Source: Flavobacteriaceae bacterium
GTDB lineage: Bacteria; Bacteroidota; Bacteroidia; Flavobacteriales; Flavobacteriaceae
Assembly: GCA_024643425.1 (NCBI GenBank)
Contig: JAHEMY010000001.1
Coordinates: 9,106 to 73,105, forward strand
Reading direction: 5' to 3'
Length of the DNA: 64,000 bases
The position numbers and the translations under genes were made by a program. Within the stretch, counting starts at the first letter, position 1, and the number at the start of each line of letters is the position of its first letter. The notes beneath the pieces were generated by a model. The model saw only the letters and a program-made list of their open reading frames with translations, had not been told where the DNA came from and did no database searches. Of this stretch, positions 45,396 to 56,124 are shown in pieces.

Positions 45396-46732
45396 TATAA
45401 ATTTCTTACGGCATTTTTAAATTGTCTTCCTCGGTCCTCGTAATTTTCAAAAAGATCGAAGCTTGCACAAGCCGGAGACAACAACACGGTATCTCCTTTT
45501 TCAGATAAGCGATAGGCAACTTGAACCGCATCTTGCATGCTTTCAGTTTGCACCAGCATATCCACTACATTACCAAAAGCGTTGATGATCTTATCATTAT
45601 CCACACCTACACAAATAATGGCCTTTACTTTTTCATTAACCAAGGGAAGTAATTCGGTATAATCATTCCCCTTATCTACTCCTCCTACAAGCCATACCGT
45701 AGGACCTTCCATACTTTCCAGTGCATAATACGTTGCGTTTACATTGGTAGCCTTGGAATCGTTGATGTACAAGACATTATTAATTTTCAATACGTTTTCC
45801 AAACGATGTTCAACCCCTTGAAAATGTTCCATCGATTGTCGGATGGTATCTTTGCGAATGCGCAATAAGGTGGCTACAGTCGAGGCTGCCATAGCATTTT
45901 TTAAATTGTGATTTCCGCTTAGTGCAAGTGTTGATATTGGCATAGTGAATGTGTTATGTTCTGTTTTTATTATGATTTGTTTGTTTTCTAAATAAGCGCC
46001 CTTTTCAAGTTTCTTTTCAATTGAAAAAGGCAATTTTTGAGCGGCAATAGGATGGTTTGAAAGCCATGTATTAATAAATTCGTTGTCTGCATCGTATATG
46101 AAATAATCTTCCGGACCTTGATTCATTGTAATTCTAAATTTGGAAGCGATGTATTCATTCATATCGTAATGATATCGATCCAAATGGTCGGGTGAAATAT
46201 TTGTAAGCACTGCGATGTGAGGCTTAAAACTTTCGATTCCGTCCAACTGAAAACTGCTTATTTCCAAAACGTAATTCTCATAATTACCCTCTGCAACCAG
46301 CTGCGCGAAACTTTTTCCAATATTTCCTCCCAATGCAACATTCAATCCCCCCTGCTCCAATAGATAATGTGTTAAGGTTGCCGTGGTGGTTTTGCCGTTG
46401 CTACCGGTTATACCAACCATTGTTGCTTTGGTGTACTGCGCTGCAAATTCAATTTCTGAAATCACAGGAATCCCAGCTTTTTTTAGCTGAAGCACTACAG
46501 GTGCTTCATCTTTAATTCCCGGACTTTTCATTACCACATCGGCATTCATAATTTTCGCTTCTGAATGACCTTCCTCTTCCCATTCCAACTCATGATGTAA
46601 AAGAACTTGTTTATAAGTTTCTTTTATTTTACCGAAGTCTGAAACAAAGACTTCAAATCCTTTTTGTTTTCCCAAAATGGCAGTCCCTACGCCACTTTCT
46701 CCTGCACCCAATATCACTAATCGCTTGCCCAC
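45395..46732 (-). CDS. murD: UDP-N-acetylmuramoylalanine--D-glutamate ligase
   Basis: ILGAGESGVG, GITGSNGKTTTA, ...NDSKATNV. Confidence 0.9.
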   Translation of the reverse strand: MGKRLVILGAGESGVGTAILGKQKGFEVFVSDFGKIKETYKQVLLHHELEWEEEGHSEAKIMNADVVMKSPGIKDEAPVVLQLKKAGIPVISEIEFAAQYTKATMVGITGSNGKTTTATLTHYLLEQGGLNVALGGNIGKSFAQLVAEGNYENYVLEISSFQLDGIESFKPHIAVLTNISPDHLDRYHYDMNEYIASKFRITMNQGPEDYFIYDADNEFINTWLSNHPIAAQKLPFSIEKKLEKGAYLENKQIIIKTEHNTFTMPISTLALSGNHNLKNAMAASTVATLLRIRKDTIRQSMEHFQGVEHRLENVLKINNVLYINDSKATNVNATYYALESMEGPTVWLVGGVDKGNDYTELLPLVNEKVKAIICVGVDNDKIINAFGNVVDMLVQTESMQDAVQVAYRLSEKGDTVLLSPACASFDLFENYEDRGRQFKNAVRNL

Positions 46733-46733
46733 A

Positions 46734-47969
46734 CTATCTAATTTTTAGTGTGACTATCGTCACCACAGCCAGCACAATACCTACAATCCAAAAACGAGTC
46801 ACAATCTTGCTTTCATGATACCCCTTCACCTGATAGTGATGATGCAGGGGAGACATTCTGAAAATCCGCCGTCCCTCCCCATATTTCTTTCGCGTGTATT
46901 TAAACCAACCCACCTGCAATACCACCGATAAATTTTCTAAAAGGAATATTCCACATAGAATCGGGATCAACCATTCCTTGCGAATAGCAATGGCAATAAC
47001 CGCAATGATTCCACCAATGGTAAGACTCCCGGTATCGCCCATAAAAACTTGTGCCGGATAGGCATTGTACCATAAAAACCCAATAAGGGCTCCCACAAAG
47101 GCCATGATAAAAATGGTGAGCTCCCCGGTATTTGGGATGTACATAATGTTTAAGTAATCCGAAAAAACAAGGTTTCCCGATACCCAGGCAAAAATTGCAA
47201 GGGTCACTCCAATTATGGCCGAAGTACCCGCAGCGAGTCCATCAATTCCATCGGTAAGGTTGGCTCCGTTCGACACGGCGGTGATGATAAAAATTACAAT
47301 TGGGATAAAAACAAGCCATGCATACGGTTTGTATTTTTCTCCCGCCCATGTAACTAATTTTTCATAGTTGATTTCATTGTTTTTAACAAAGGGAAGTGTG
47401 GTTAGCAGTGTCTTTTCTTCTTCATAAAAGTCGGCACTAACACTAGTATTCTGTCCCACCTCTTGCGTTTGAACCACCTCTAGTTTCTGACGTCTTACCG
47501 TAATATCTTCATGAAAATACATGGTTGCTCCCACAATAATTCCCAAACCAACTTGGCCAAATACTTTGAATTTCCCGGGCAGTCCTTCTTTATCCTTTTT
47601 AAACTTTTTAATATAATCATCAATAAACCCGATAATCCCCATCCAGATGGTAGTGACTAACAGCATGATGACATAGATGTTTTCCAATTTTGCAAACAAC
47701 AATACAGGAACAATCGTTGCCAGAATAATAATAATACCTCCCATGGTTGGGGTTCCTGCCTTTTCACTTTGTCCTTCCAAACCTAAGTTGCGAATAGTCT
47801 CACCTACTTGTTTTTTCTGAAGAAATGCAATGATTTTTTTACCATAGACCGTAGCAATCACCAAGGAGAGAATCACAGCAAGTGCTGCACGGAAAGTGAT
47901 GAACTGAAAAAGTCCGGCTCCTGGGATGTCGTAGGTTTTATCGAGAAAGTCAAATAGGTAATACAGCAT
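46734..47969 (-). CDS. mraY: Phospho-N-acetylmuramoyl-pentapeptide transferase
   Basis: ...TPTMGG..., [24 protein letters not shown]. Confidence 0.9.
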   Translation of the reverse strand: MLYYLFDFLDKTYDIPGAGLFQFITFRAALAVILSLVIATVYGKKIIAFLQKKQVGETIRNLGLEGQSEKAGTPTMGGIIIILATIVPVLLFAKLENIYVIMLLVTTIWMGIIGFIDDYIKKFKKDKEGLPGKFKVFGQVGLGIIVGATMYFHEDITVRRQKLEVVQTQEVGQNTSVSADFYEEEKTLLTTLPFVKNNEINYEKLVTWAGEKYKPYAWLVFIPIVIFIITAVSNGANLTDGIDGLAAGTSAIIGVTLAIFAWVSGNLVFSDYLNIMYIPNTGELTIFIMAFVGALIGFLWYNAYPAQVFMGDTGSLTIGGIIAVIAIAIRKEWLIPILCGIFLLENLSVVLQVGWFKYTRKKYGEGRRIFRMSPLHHHYQVKGYHESKIVTRFWIVGIVLAVVTIVTLKIR

Positions 47970-47970
47970 G

Positions 47971-49434
47971 CTATTTGTTTAGATCGGTTAATAGTTCGTT
48001 CACAATTTTATAGTCGTCAAAATCAAAGCGTTCACCCCGAATTTCCTGGTACGTTTCGTGTCCTTTGCCTGCTACTAAAATGATATCTCCTGCTTCTGCC
48101 ATTGCACAAGCGGTTTTGATGGCTTGTCTACGATTTGTAATAGATATCGTTTTTTTAAAATGTTCTGCCGGCACTCCTTTTTCAATTGCTTGGATGATAA
48201 GCTCAGGGTCTTCGTTACGGGGGTTGTCGCTAGTAAAAATTACTTTTGTGCTTAAGATGGAGGCAATCTGACCCATTTTAGGGCGCTTTTCGGCATCTCG
48301 ATTTCCACCACAACCCACGACTGTAATCAAATTTTCATTTCCGGTGCGAATAGAATTTATGGTCTCAAGGACGTTCTTTAAAGCGTCCGGCGTATGGGCA
48401 TAATCTACTATGGCCGTAATTTTTGTGGGAGAGATTGCATATTGAAAGCGTCCATCCACACTTTCTAAGGTGCTCATCAATTGAAGGATTTCCAACGATT
48501 CAATCCCTAGCAAATCGGCTGTCGCATAGATTGCCAATAAATTATAGGCATTGAAACTTCCTATGAGTCGTGTCCATAATTCATGTCCGTTTATCTTTAG
48601 CAGTAGGCCGTTAAATTGATTTTCAAGTATCTGTGCTTTGTAATCGGCAAACGACTTTAGCGCATACATATACTTCTTCGCCTTAGTATTTTGGAGCATA
48701 ACGGGCCCATTCTTATCGTCGGCGTTTGAAATGGCAAAAGCGGATTTTGGCAGCTGATCAAAAAATGACTTCTTTACGTCTCGATATTCTTTGAAATCTT
48801 TATGATAGTCTAAATGATCGTGAGAAAGATTGGTGAAGATTCCCCCCCGGAAATTTAATGCATGCGTTCGAAACTGATGAATTCCGTGTGAACTCACCTC
48901 CATAAAGCAATAAGTTACACCGGAATCTACCATCGCTCTTAGGTGGCGATTTATGGTTAACGAATCCGGCGTAGTATGGGTAGATGGAATGATCTCATCA
49001 CCAATACGAATATTCACCGTAGAAATTAATCCGGCAATGTATCCAGCTTTCTGGAACAGATGATACAACAAGGTACTTACCGTGGTTTTTCCGTTGGTAC
49101 CGGTAATCCCAATGAGCTGAAGAGATTCTGAAGGATTCTCATAATAATTTGCCGCCATATAGGCCAATGCTCTTTGCGAATTATCGACCTGTACGTAAGT
49201 AATACCGTTGATAATCACTTCCGGAAGTTCCTCGCAAATAATGCACAAGGCACCTTGATTACAAGCATTGGTGATATATTCATGGCCGTCGGATAGTGTC
49301 CCTTTTATTGCAACGAAGACATCATTTAACCCAACCTTTCGCGAATCGAACTCTATGTTCCTAATCGCTACAGAAGTAGTCCCTACCACCTTTTCAAGGG
49401 TAACTTTATAGAGTATGTCTTTTAAAAGAATCAC
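47971..49434 (-). CDS. murE: UDP-N-acetylmuramoyl-L-alanyl-D-glutamate--2,6-diaminopimelate ligase
   Basis: [11 protein letters not shown], ...[19 protein letters not shown]. Confidence 0.9.
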   Translation of the reverse strand: MILLKDILYKVTLEKVVGTTSVAIRNIEFDSRKVGLNDVFVAIKGTLSDGHEYITNACNQGALCIICEELPEVIINGITYVQVDNSQRALAYMAANYYENPSESLQLIGITGTNGKTTVSTLLYHLFQKAGYIAGLISTVNIRIGDEIIPSTHTTPDSLTINRHLRAMVDSGVTYCFMEVSSHGIHQFRTHALNFRGGIFTNLSHDHLDYHKDFKEYRDVKKSFFDQLPKSAFAISNADDKNGPVMLQNTKAKKYMYALKSFADYKAQILENQFNGLLLKINGHELWTRLIGSFNAYNLLAIYATADLLGIESLEILQLMSTLESVDGRFQYAISPTKITAIVDYAHTPDALKNVLETINSIRTGNENLITVVGCGGNRDAEKRPKMGQIASILSTKVIFTSDNPRNEDPELIIQAIEKGVPAEHFKKTISITNRRQAIKTACAMAEAGDIILVAGKGHETYQEIRGERFDFDDYKIVNELLTDLNK

Positions 49435-51425
49435 GATAATTTTAATACTATGGTTTGACCTTTTTTTATGGGCTCGCCCGAGGAAACAGATTGACCTATC
49501 ACCACGCCTTGCCCGCTAGCAACTACTTTAATCCCAAGATTTTCCAACAACGACACTGCATCCATACCTGCCATACCGGTGACATCGGGAATTTGATTGG
49601 TTGTGTTTTGTATAATTGAATGGTACTTACTAAAGTCTGTTGCAACTTCAGGCAACACTAGATTACCATCGGAGACTCGATCGATGTTTGGACTATCGGT
49701 ATATATTTTTTGGGCGATGCGCTTAAATACAGGACCGGTCACATCGGCGCCATAATACCCTTTCTTAGTACTCGGCTTATGAATCACCACAATACAGGAG
49801 TATTTTGGGTTATCGGCAGGAAAGTATCCAGCGAAGGATGAAATATACCTGCGGTTGCTTGACCAATCGGACATCCAATATTCTGTACGGGCAGTGCCTG
49901 TTTTACCAGCCATAGGGAAATATTCAGAATATAAATTTCTTCCCGTCCCACGTTTCACGATATTCTTGAGAATATCCCTTATTTCGAAAAGCGTTTTATC
50001 CGAACAAATTTTTGGGTTTAGGATTTCGGTTGAAAAGGTTTCTACTTCATGGTTCACCTTATGAATTTCTTTGATGAATTTTGGCTTTACCATGATGCCA
50101 TTGTTGGCTAAGGCGTTGTAAAATGTGAGTGTTTGCAATGGTGTGATTTGCAGGTTATATCCGTAAGCCATGGAAGGCAAGGCATTCTTGCTCCATTTTT
50201 TATCTCCCGGTCTTGGAATATCAGGCTTCCCCTCACCGGTGATAGGTACACCTAAGGGTTGAGTAAGGTGCCAATCGGAAAAATGATTAAGAAACTTCTC
50301 TGGATTTGACGCATAATTGTCGTCGATGATGGTTGCCAAGCCAATATTGGACGAAACTTCTAAGGCTTTTGCCGCAGAAATCTTACCATGACCTTTGGTG
50401 TCTGTAATGGTTCGACCGTAGAAGGGTTTGCTTCCTGAAAGAGTATTTACAACAGTGGCTGTATCAATCACACGATCTTCCAAAGCTGCGGTCATCGCCA
50501 TCACTTTGAAGGTTGATCCGGGTTCATGGCTTTCGCCAATGGCATAATTCAATTTTTCGTAATACGTCCCTATTTTAGTTCGACCCAAATTAGAAACAGC
50601 TTTTATTTCTCCTGTAGCTACTTCCATTACAATTACGGTTCCATGCTCTGCTTCGTAATACTCCATCTGTTTCAATAAAGCATGATGTGCGATGTCTTGG
50701 ATGTTGACGTTGATGGTTGTTAAGATGTCGTAGCCATCTTGAGGCTCAATTTCATTTTCATCGGAAACAGGCTTCCACTGCCCTTGCGCGATTTTCTGCT
50801 TTAATCGCTGACCATTCTTTCCTCGCAGGTAGGTGTCGAATGCTCCTTCAAACCCTACTTCATAAGCTCCGGTTTTATCGGTTCGCTGATTCCCAACCAA
50901 ACGCTCCCCTATTTTTCCCATAGGATGCTCGCGCACGGTGCGTTGCTCGACAATAATTCCTCCGCGGTAAGGGCCCTTATTGAATAAAGGCATTTTTTTA
51001 ACAGTGATGTAATCACCATACCCCAGTCCTTTGGCGATAAGCAGGTATCGATTCTTATTAGCGCGGGCTTTTCTTAAGAGGTTTTCATAATACGATGAAG
51101 GCTTGCCAAATTGTTTGCTTAATGCTTTTGAAAGTGATACTAGATTTTCATTAAAATCTCCTGCAGAAACGGTTACCGCATCGAAGCGTATGTCGTATTT
51201 GGGAACCGATGTAGCCAATAAACTTCCATCATCGGCAAAAACATTTCCCCTACTTGCCGGAATGGTGAAATTCTTTGTAGTATTCAATTCAGCGAGCGCC
51301 CGATACTTTTCACCTTCCACAAATTGAATACTCGCCAATTTGAAGACAATAAGTCCGGCGAAGATGAACATACCGCCGGCGATGAAGTAGAATCGGTTTA
51401 ATATGTTCTTTTCTTCTACGGCCAT
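49431..51425 (-). CDS. ftsI: Penicillin-binding protein (FtsI-type transpeptidase) with C-terminal PASTA domain
   Basis: N-terminal TM; STFK (EPGSTFKV), SSN, KTGT (AGKTGTA); C-terminal VPDVTGM...-type PASTA. Confidence 0.85.
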   Translation of the reverse strand: MAVEEKNILNRFYFIAGGMFIFAGLIVFKLASIQFVEGEKYRALAELNTTKNFTIPASRGNVFADDGSLLATSVPKYDIRFDAVTVSAGDFNENLVSLSKALSKQFGKPSSYYENLLRKARANKNRYLLIAKGLGYGDYITVKKMPLFNKGPYRGGIIVEQRTVREHPMGKIGERLVGNQRTDKTGAYEVGFEGAFDTYLRGKNGQRLKQKIAQGQWKPVSDENEIEPQDGYDILTTINVNIQDIAHHALLKQMEYYEAEHGTVIVMEVATGEIKAVSNLGRTKIGTYYEKLNYAIGESHEPGSTFKVMAMTAALEDRVIDTATVVNTLSGSKPFYGRTITDTKGHGKISAAKALEVSSNIGLATIIDDNYASNPEKFLNHFSDWHLTQPLGVPITGEGKPDIPRPGDKKWSKNALPSMAYGYNLQITPLQTLTFYNALANNGIMVKPKFIKEIHKVNHEVETFSTEILNPKICSDKTLFEIRDILKNIVKRGTGRNLYSEYFPMAGKTGTARTEYWMSDWSSNRRYISSFAGYFPADNPKYSCIVVIHKPSTKKGYYGADVTGPVFKRIAQKIYTDSPNIDRVSDGNLVLPEVATDFSKYHSIIQNTTNQIPDVTGMAGMDAVSLLENLGIKVVASGQGVVIGQSVSSGEPIKKGQTIVLKLS

Positions 51426-51428
51426 GTT

Positions 51429-51746
51429 TTAGTTGGTCTTTGCGACGATTACTTTTTGCGGCGGAGTTTCTGAAGGATATAACCCTCGGTTCTCCATTGC
51501 CTTGATTATTTTGGTTTCCATTTTTGCTTGCATCAATCGCATGCGCACATCGACATACTCACTCTTTAATTCTTTTACATCGTTGTTAAGTTTTGCAATC
51601 TGATGCACTTTCTTATCGGCTTGGTGCGAACTTGCGATCATCACCAATGCCAAGAGTGAAAGGAATATGATAAAGCGCCAATTTTTAAAAGCATCATCGC
51701 TTACCAAAAACTTTCCTTTGATGATATTGTAAAAATTCTTCTTCAT
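51429..51746 (-). CDS. FtsL-like small bitopic cell-division protein
   Basis: A single TM (WRFIIFLSLLALVMIA) plus a coiled coil. Position between rsmH and ftsI. Confidence 0.6.
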   Translation of the reverse strand: MKKNFYNIIKGKFLVSDDAFKNWRFIIFLSLLALVMIASSHQADKKVHQIAKLNNDVKELKSEYVDVRMRLMQAKMETKIIKAMENRGLYPSETPPQKVIVAKTN

Positions 51747-52654
51747 GAGCGTTTTTCGGCAATTCTAAGTTTTGCACTGCGTGCCCGATTGTTCAACTTT
51801 ATTTCAGCTTCTGCAGGAATAATGAGTTTTCCAACCGGCTTTAAAGGAACTTCCACCCTCCCAAAAACATCCTTTTCAGGTTCACCTTCAAACATTCCAT
51901 TTCGAATAAATCTCTTGACCAATCGATCTTCCAACGAATGATAGGAAATCAAACTAAGCCTCCCGCCGGGTTTAAGTACTTCAACCGTTTGCATTAGAAA
52001 TTCTTTCAACGCTTCCAGTTCCTGATTCACTTCAATACGAAGGGCTTGGAATATCTGAGCCAACACTTTGTTTTCTCGATGCTTTGGTAAAAACCTCTTG
52101 AGCACCTCTTTTAATTTTTCACTTGAAGCAATAGGCTCCTTTTCCCTGGCTTCAACGATGAGTCTAGCCATTCCAGCTGCTGCTCTCAACTCGCCATACT
52201 GCGAGAAAATGGCTCGAAGATCCTTTTCATCATAAGTATTTACCACTTGGTACGCAGACAACGGATTGTCTTGATTCATTCTCATATCCAATTTCGATTC
52301 AAATCTTGTTGAAAATCCGCGTTCGGGCTCATCAAATTGATGTGAAGAAACTCCGAAGTCTCCTAAGATTCCATCCACTTCGCTATACCCGTAAAATCGA
52401 AGAAATCGTTTTAGAAACCTGAAATTCTCATTAATGAGCAAAAAACGAGGGTCGTCAATTGCATTGTTAAGAGCGTCTTTATCCTGATCAAAAGCGATGA
52501 GCTTTCCTTGGGGGCTTAAATGTTTTAATATTTCTTTTGAATGTCCTCCGCCGCCAAAAGTGACATCCACATAGACCCCATCGGGTTGGATGTCGAGACC
52601 TTCCACCGTCTCTTTAAGCAAAACCGGATTATGATATTCCATCATCAATTTCAT
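51743..52654 (-). CDS. rsmH: 16S rRNA (cytosine1402-N4)-methyltransferase RsmH (MraW)
   Basis: YHNPVLLKE..., DVTFGGGGHS, GDFGVSSHQFD, ISYHSLEDR. The start could be Met4 or Met5 (52645/52642). Confidence 0.9.
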   Translation of the reverse strand: MKLMMEYHNPVLLKETVEGLDIQPDGVYVDVTFGGGGHSKEILKHLSPQGKLIAFDQDKDALNNAIDDPRFLLINENFRFLKRFLRFYGYSEVDGILGDFGVSSHQFDEPERGFSTRFESKLDMRMNQDNPLSAYQVVNTYDEKDLRAIFSQYGELRAAAGMARLIVEAREKEPIASSEKLKEVLKRFLPKHRENKVLAQIFQALRIEVNQELEALKEFLMQTVEVLKPGGRLSLISYHSLEDRLVKRFIRNGMFEGEPEKDVFGRVEVPLKPVGKLIIPAEAEIKLNNRARSAKLRIAEKRS

Positions 52655-53102
52655 TAGCTCCTCCCATGACGTCTTCGGCTAGGTCTGCAAAATCGTTTGC
52701 CGCATCATCTATGGCTTTTTCATAGTTATTTTTATCCCAAATCTCAATAATACTAATGGCCGATGAAAGGACAATTTCTTTATCAATCCCAGCAAACACC
52801 ATTAAATCCTTAGGTATATTCAATCTTCCCGTAGTATCCATTTCCACCGTTCTCACACCTGCCGTAAAACGACGAATGAAATCGTTGTTTTTTCGATTAA
52901 AGCGGTTTAACCCACTCATCTTTTGCATGAGCTTTTGCCATTCTTCCATGGGATATAACTCCAGACAGTTTTGAAACACCGCCCGTTTTAAGACAAACCC
53001 CGTACTCGCTACTGGAGCGATTTGCTTTTTTAAATCGGCAGGAATCATCACCCGACCCTTAGTATCGGCTTTGCAATGGTATGTCCCTATGAGATTTAGC
53101 AT
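52629..53102 (-). CDS. mraZ: Transcriptional regulator MraZ
   Basis: Two SpoVT/AbrB-like halves (DTKGRVMIPADL and DTTGRLNIPKDL). First gene of the dcw cluster. Confidence 0.9.
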   Translation of the reverse strand: MLNLIGTYHCKADTKGRVMIPADLKKQIAPVASTGFVLKRAVFQNCLELYPMEEWQKLMQKMSGLNRFNRKNNDFIRRFTAGVRTVEMDTTGRLNIPKDLMVFAGIDKEIVLSSAISIIEIWDKNNYEKAIDDAANDFADLAEDVMGGANEIDDGIS

Positions 53103-53129
53103 GTATTGGTTGTCTGCATGTTATAAATC

Positions 53130-53137
53130 CAAATATA
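53130..53137 (-). promoter_or_regulatory. Bacteroidota-type -7 promoter box (TAnnTTTG) of the mraZ/dcw promoter
   Basis: The minus strand reads TATATTTG, 28 nt upstream of the mraZ ATG. Confidence 0.5.
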
Positions 53138-53147
53138 AATAGTTTTT

Positions 53148-53193
53148 ACCACTTTTTACCACTTTTTACCACTTTGTTGATAAGTTTTACCAC
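53148..53193 (-). promoter_or_regulatory. Probable MraZ operator: four phased GTGGT boxes
   Basis: The minus strand reads GTGGTAAAAA x3 with exact 10-bp spacing (53148-53172). A fourth GTGGT lies 21 bp further upstream (53189-53193). Confidence 0.65.
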
Positions 53194-53314
53194 CTCCTCA
53201 TTGTCGGGTTATTGTATGAAGTAAAGTTCAACTGATTTACAGCGGGTTAATATGAATTAAGCTTACAGAGTTTTCAACAGTAAAAAGACCCGTTCAGATT
53301 CATTAAAATTTGTG

Positions 53315-53322
53315 TACTTTTG
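53315..53322 (+). promoter_or_regulatory. Bacteroidota-type -7 promoter box (TAnnTTTG)
   Basis: TACTTTTG lies 22 nt upstream of the ATG at 53344. Confidence 0.45.
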
Positions 53323-53343
53323 TCATTAGTTTGATTAGACTAT

Positions 53344-54108
53344 ATGGCATATCCTCTTAAGAAAGAAGGCAAATATTCTTACCTGGAAATTGGAGAAGGC
53401 ACTCCAATTATTATCATGCACGGACTTATGGGAGGCCTGAGTAATTTTGATGGCGTGGTGGACTTTTTTCCTAAAAAAGGGTACAAAGTTGTGATTCCTG
53501 AACTGCCTATTTACTCCATGCCTATTTTAAAAACGAATGTTAAGAATATTGCTGTTTTCGTATCAAAGTTCATCGAGCATAAAGGATATGAGCAAGTAAT
53601 TCTCTTAGGAAACTCGCTGGGAGGTCACATTGGATTAATGGTCACCAAGTTATTTCCAAAAAAAGTTAAGGCCTTAGTAATTACGGGTAGTTCCGGTCTA
53701 TATGAAAGCGCTATGGGTGAAACCTATCCAAAGCGAGGCGATTACGATTACATCAAGGAAAAGGCAGAAAATGTATTCTATGATCCATCGATTGCGACTA
53801 AAGAAATTGTCGATGAAGTATATGCAAGTGTGAACGATCGCACCAAATTAATTCGAACCTTATCGATTGCAAAAAGTGCAATTCGTCATAACATGGCGAA
53901 AGATCTTCCTCATATGACAAACCCTACATGCATTATTTGGGGTAAGAATGACACGGTGACTCCACCGGAAGTAGGGCAAGAATTTCATAGCTTACTGCCG
54001 GATTCAAATTTATTTTGGATTGATAAATGTGGGCATGCCGCAATGATGGAACACCCCGACACCTTTAATGAAATTCTCTACGCTTGGTTACAGGATAGAG
54101 GTTTTTAA
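53344..54108 (+). CDS. Alpha/beta-fold hydrolase
   Basis: HGLMGG oxyanion region, nucleophile elbow GNSLGG, C-terminal ...CGHAAMMEHP. Confidence 0.75.
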   Translation: MAYPLKKEGKYSYLEIGEGTPIIIMHGLMGGLSNFDGVVDFFPKKGYKVVIPELPIYSMPILKTNVKNIAVFVSKFIEHKGYEQVILLGNSLGGHIGLMVTKLFPKKVKALVITGSSGLYESAMGETYPKRGDYDYIKEKAENVFYDPSIATKEIVDEVYASVNDRTKLIRTLSIAKSAIRHNMAKDLPHMTNPTCIIWGKNDTVTPPEVGQEFHSLLPDSNLFWIDKCGHAAMMEHPDTFNEILYAWLQDRGF

Positions 54109-54117
54109 TACTACACT

Positions 54118-54741
54118 ATGAAAATTACATCGGCAGAATTTGTGATGAGCAACAGCGATGTAGCACAGTGTCCGAATCAACCACTCCCTGAATACGCATT
54201 TATTGGCCGTTCCAACGTTGGGAAATCTTCTTTGATCAACATGCTTATGCAGCGCAAAAGTTTGGCAAAAACCAGTGGAAGGCCTGGAAAAACGCAACTC
54301 ATTAACCATTTTCTAATTAATAAAAATTGGTTTTTGGTCGACTTACCCGGATATGGCTATGCACGGGTGTCAAAACAAAGCAAGAAGACATTCCAGAAAT
54401 TTATTACCGCCTATTTTGAAAAGAGAAAGCAGCTTGTTTTAGGCTTTGTTCTCATTGATTCGAGGCACGAACCTCAGCCCATTGATTTGGAGTTCATGGA
54501 ATGGCTTGGAGAGCAACAAATTCCCTTTAGTATTGTATTTACAAAAGCCGACAAACTAAAGCCAAATGCCCTTAAAAGAAATCTAGAAATTTACGCTGCA
54601 AAAATGCTAGAGACTTGGGAAGAAATGCCCATGCATTTTATCACGTCGTCAAGCAATAACGCCGGTCGTGAAGAACTATTGGATTACATTGATCAAATTA
54701 ACCAAGAAATGAAAGAGCAACAAGGATTGCCCTTTAACTAA
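54118..54741 (+). CDS. engB: Ribosome biogenesis GTP-binding protein YihA/EngB
   Basis: [12 protein letters not shown] (G1), DLPGYG (G3), TKADK (G4). Confidence 0.85.
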   Translation: MKITSAEFVMSNSDVAQCPNQPLPEYAFIGRSNVGKSSLINMLMQRKSLAKTSGRPGKTQLINHFLINKNWFLVDLPGYGYARVSKQSKKTFQKFITAYFEKRKQLVLGFVLIDSRHEPQPIDLEFMEWLGEQQIPFSIVFTKADKLKPNALKRNLEIYAAKMLETWEEMPMHFITSSSNNAGREELLDYIDQINQEMKEQQGLPFN

Positions 54742-55073
54742 GACTTCTTCAACTCCAATTTTTCAGCAAAATAATCGCAAAAGTCGCGCATCGTCGCACT
54801 CATTTTTTCGTCCCCGGTAGCCCGTTCAAAAGTTTCGGTCATTGCCGTTAAGGTTTGGTGAAAAAATACTTTCATTTCATCCAAAGGCATATCCTTGGTC
54901 CATAAATCAATTCGCAAAGCTTCTTTTGCTTTATGATCCCAAACCGATAAGAGTACGGCCTTCGCCTCTTCTTGATTGACGCCTCCATCCGGAGCCGACC
55001 AGTTTAATTTTTCAGGGATTTTATTTTCGTCCAATCCAACTTGAATAGAAATCTTTGAGGTATGTAACGCCAT
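54738..55073 (-). CDS. gldC: Gliding motility protein GldC
   Basis: About 111 aa, ...[20 protein letters not shown]..., immediately downstream of gldB, matching the known Flavobacterium johnsoniae gldB-gldC arrangement. Confidence 0.65.
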   Translation of the reverse strand: MALHTSKISIQVGLDENKIPEKLNWSAPDGGVNQEEAKAVLLSVWDHKAKEALRIDLWTKDMPLDEMKVFFHQTLTAMTETFERATGDEKMSATMRDFCDYFAEKLELKKS

Positions 55074-56050
55074 TATTTTTGCGGTTTATATTGTGAATTA
55101 TTGAAAATATGTTCAGCCTTGTGTGTCATTAGTTCCAAAACCGAAACATCATTATTTTCCATGTAGGAACGTACAATTTGCCAACCCAACCATCGGCCAA
55201 TCATTCCCGGCGAATCATTGTCAATTTCAAGATTGAATTTCGAAAATGGCGCGGGATCAATGAACCGTTGAACAAGTTTTGAATTTGTATTATACAGCAA
55301 TTCATTTTCGATAAAGTAGCGCCAGATTTCAATTTCATTTTCCCGAGCCCAGTTTATTTCGTCGGTGGTAAAGCCAATTTTATGTGCATCCTCGGTTCCC
55401 ACGAGCCACAAATCGTTTAAATATAAAATCTTCCCAAAATAAACCATCAAACTAAGTAAAGTACGATCCGAAGGAGGTGCGACATACTTCTTGGCATATA
55501 GGGATGCCACGTCGGGCCCTATGCGCTCCGGTCTTAGGTTTTTAACTAAGAATTTCGGTATTCCTTCATAGAAATAATGAGTACTTCCCAGGTAGGTATC
55601 CAATTCTAAAATAAGCAAACTATCGTTCGCAATAACCCTAGTTCGGTAATCGACATCCGAAGTGGTTGTGTACACTTTTGGAGCCTCAAATTCAGGGAAA
55701 TAATAATAAATATGTTGAAAGATCCTTTGCAAATCATCTTTTAGCACCTCCGTGTTTGGGAAAGTTTTTAAAACCTCACGATCCAACTCTTTTTGCAGGG
55801 TATCGGTAATTTTACCGATCCAAATACTATCAGGGTATTGCGCAGGAAAAAATAACGGAAACTTTTGTTTCAATCTTGGTAAATCCTCTACTGTGGCCTC
55901 AGCAAATTCTTTATCAAATCGCACCACTTCAAAATCCATGGGAAGGTTTGATATTTCCTTCTCCATATTAGTATTCGAGTTACATCCTAACCCTATTGTT
56001 AAAACGGAGCAAAGTCCAAAAATTATTCTAAATGTTCCTATTCGATTCAC
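55073..56050 (-). CDS. gldB: Gliding motility lipoprotein GldB
   Basis: Lipobox (LTIGLGCNSN), ~325 aa, RFDKEF...LP.LK.KFPLFF N-terminal pattern, paired with gldC. Confidence 0.65.
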   Translation of the reverse strand: MNRIGTFRIIFGLCSVLTIGLGCNSNTNMEKEISNLPMDFEVVRFDKEFAEATVEDLPRLKQKFPLFFPAQYPDSIWIGKITDTLQKELDREVLKTFPNTEVLKDDLQRIFQHIYYYFPEFEAPKVYTTTSDVDYRTRVIANDSLLILELDTYLGSTHYFYEGIPKFLVKNLRPERIGPDVASLYAKKYVAPPSDRTLLSLMVYFGKILYLNDLWLVGTEDAHKIGFTTDEINWARENEIEIWRYFIENELLYNTNSKLVQRFIDPAPFSKFNLEIDNDSPGMIGRWLGWQIVRSYMENNDVSVLELMTHKAEHIFNNSQYKPQK

Positions 56051-56075
56051 AGTCGATTTTTAAATTTTGATTCCC

Positions 56076-56083
56076 TATTTTTG
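56076..56083 (+). promoter_or_regulatory. Bacteroidota-type -7 promoter box (TAnnTTTG)
   Basis: TATTTTTG lies 42 nt upstream of the nadE ATG. Confidence 0.4.
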
Positions 56084-56124
56084 TGTTGCAAAGGTATCAT
56101 TAATCTCTATAAATTCCTTTTTAA

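Noticed and set aside
53143-53193. Short direct-repeat array (tttttaccac x3 plus a fourth copy) that could be mistaken for a mini-CRISPR or satellite
   Set aside because: The period is 10 bp with no spacers, and there are only four units. The array sits exactly at the mraZ promoter, so it is better explained as an MraZ operator.
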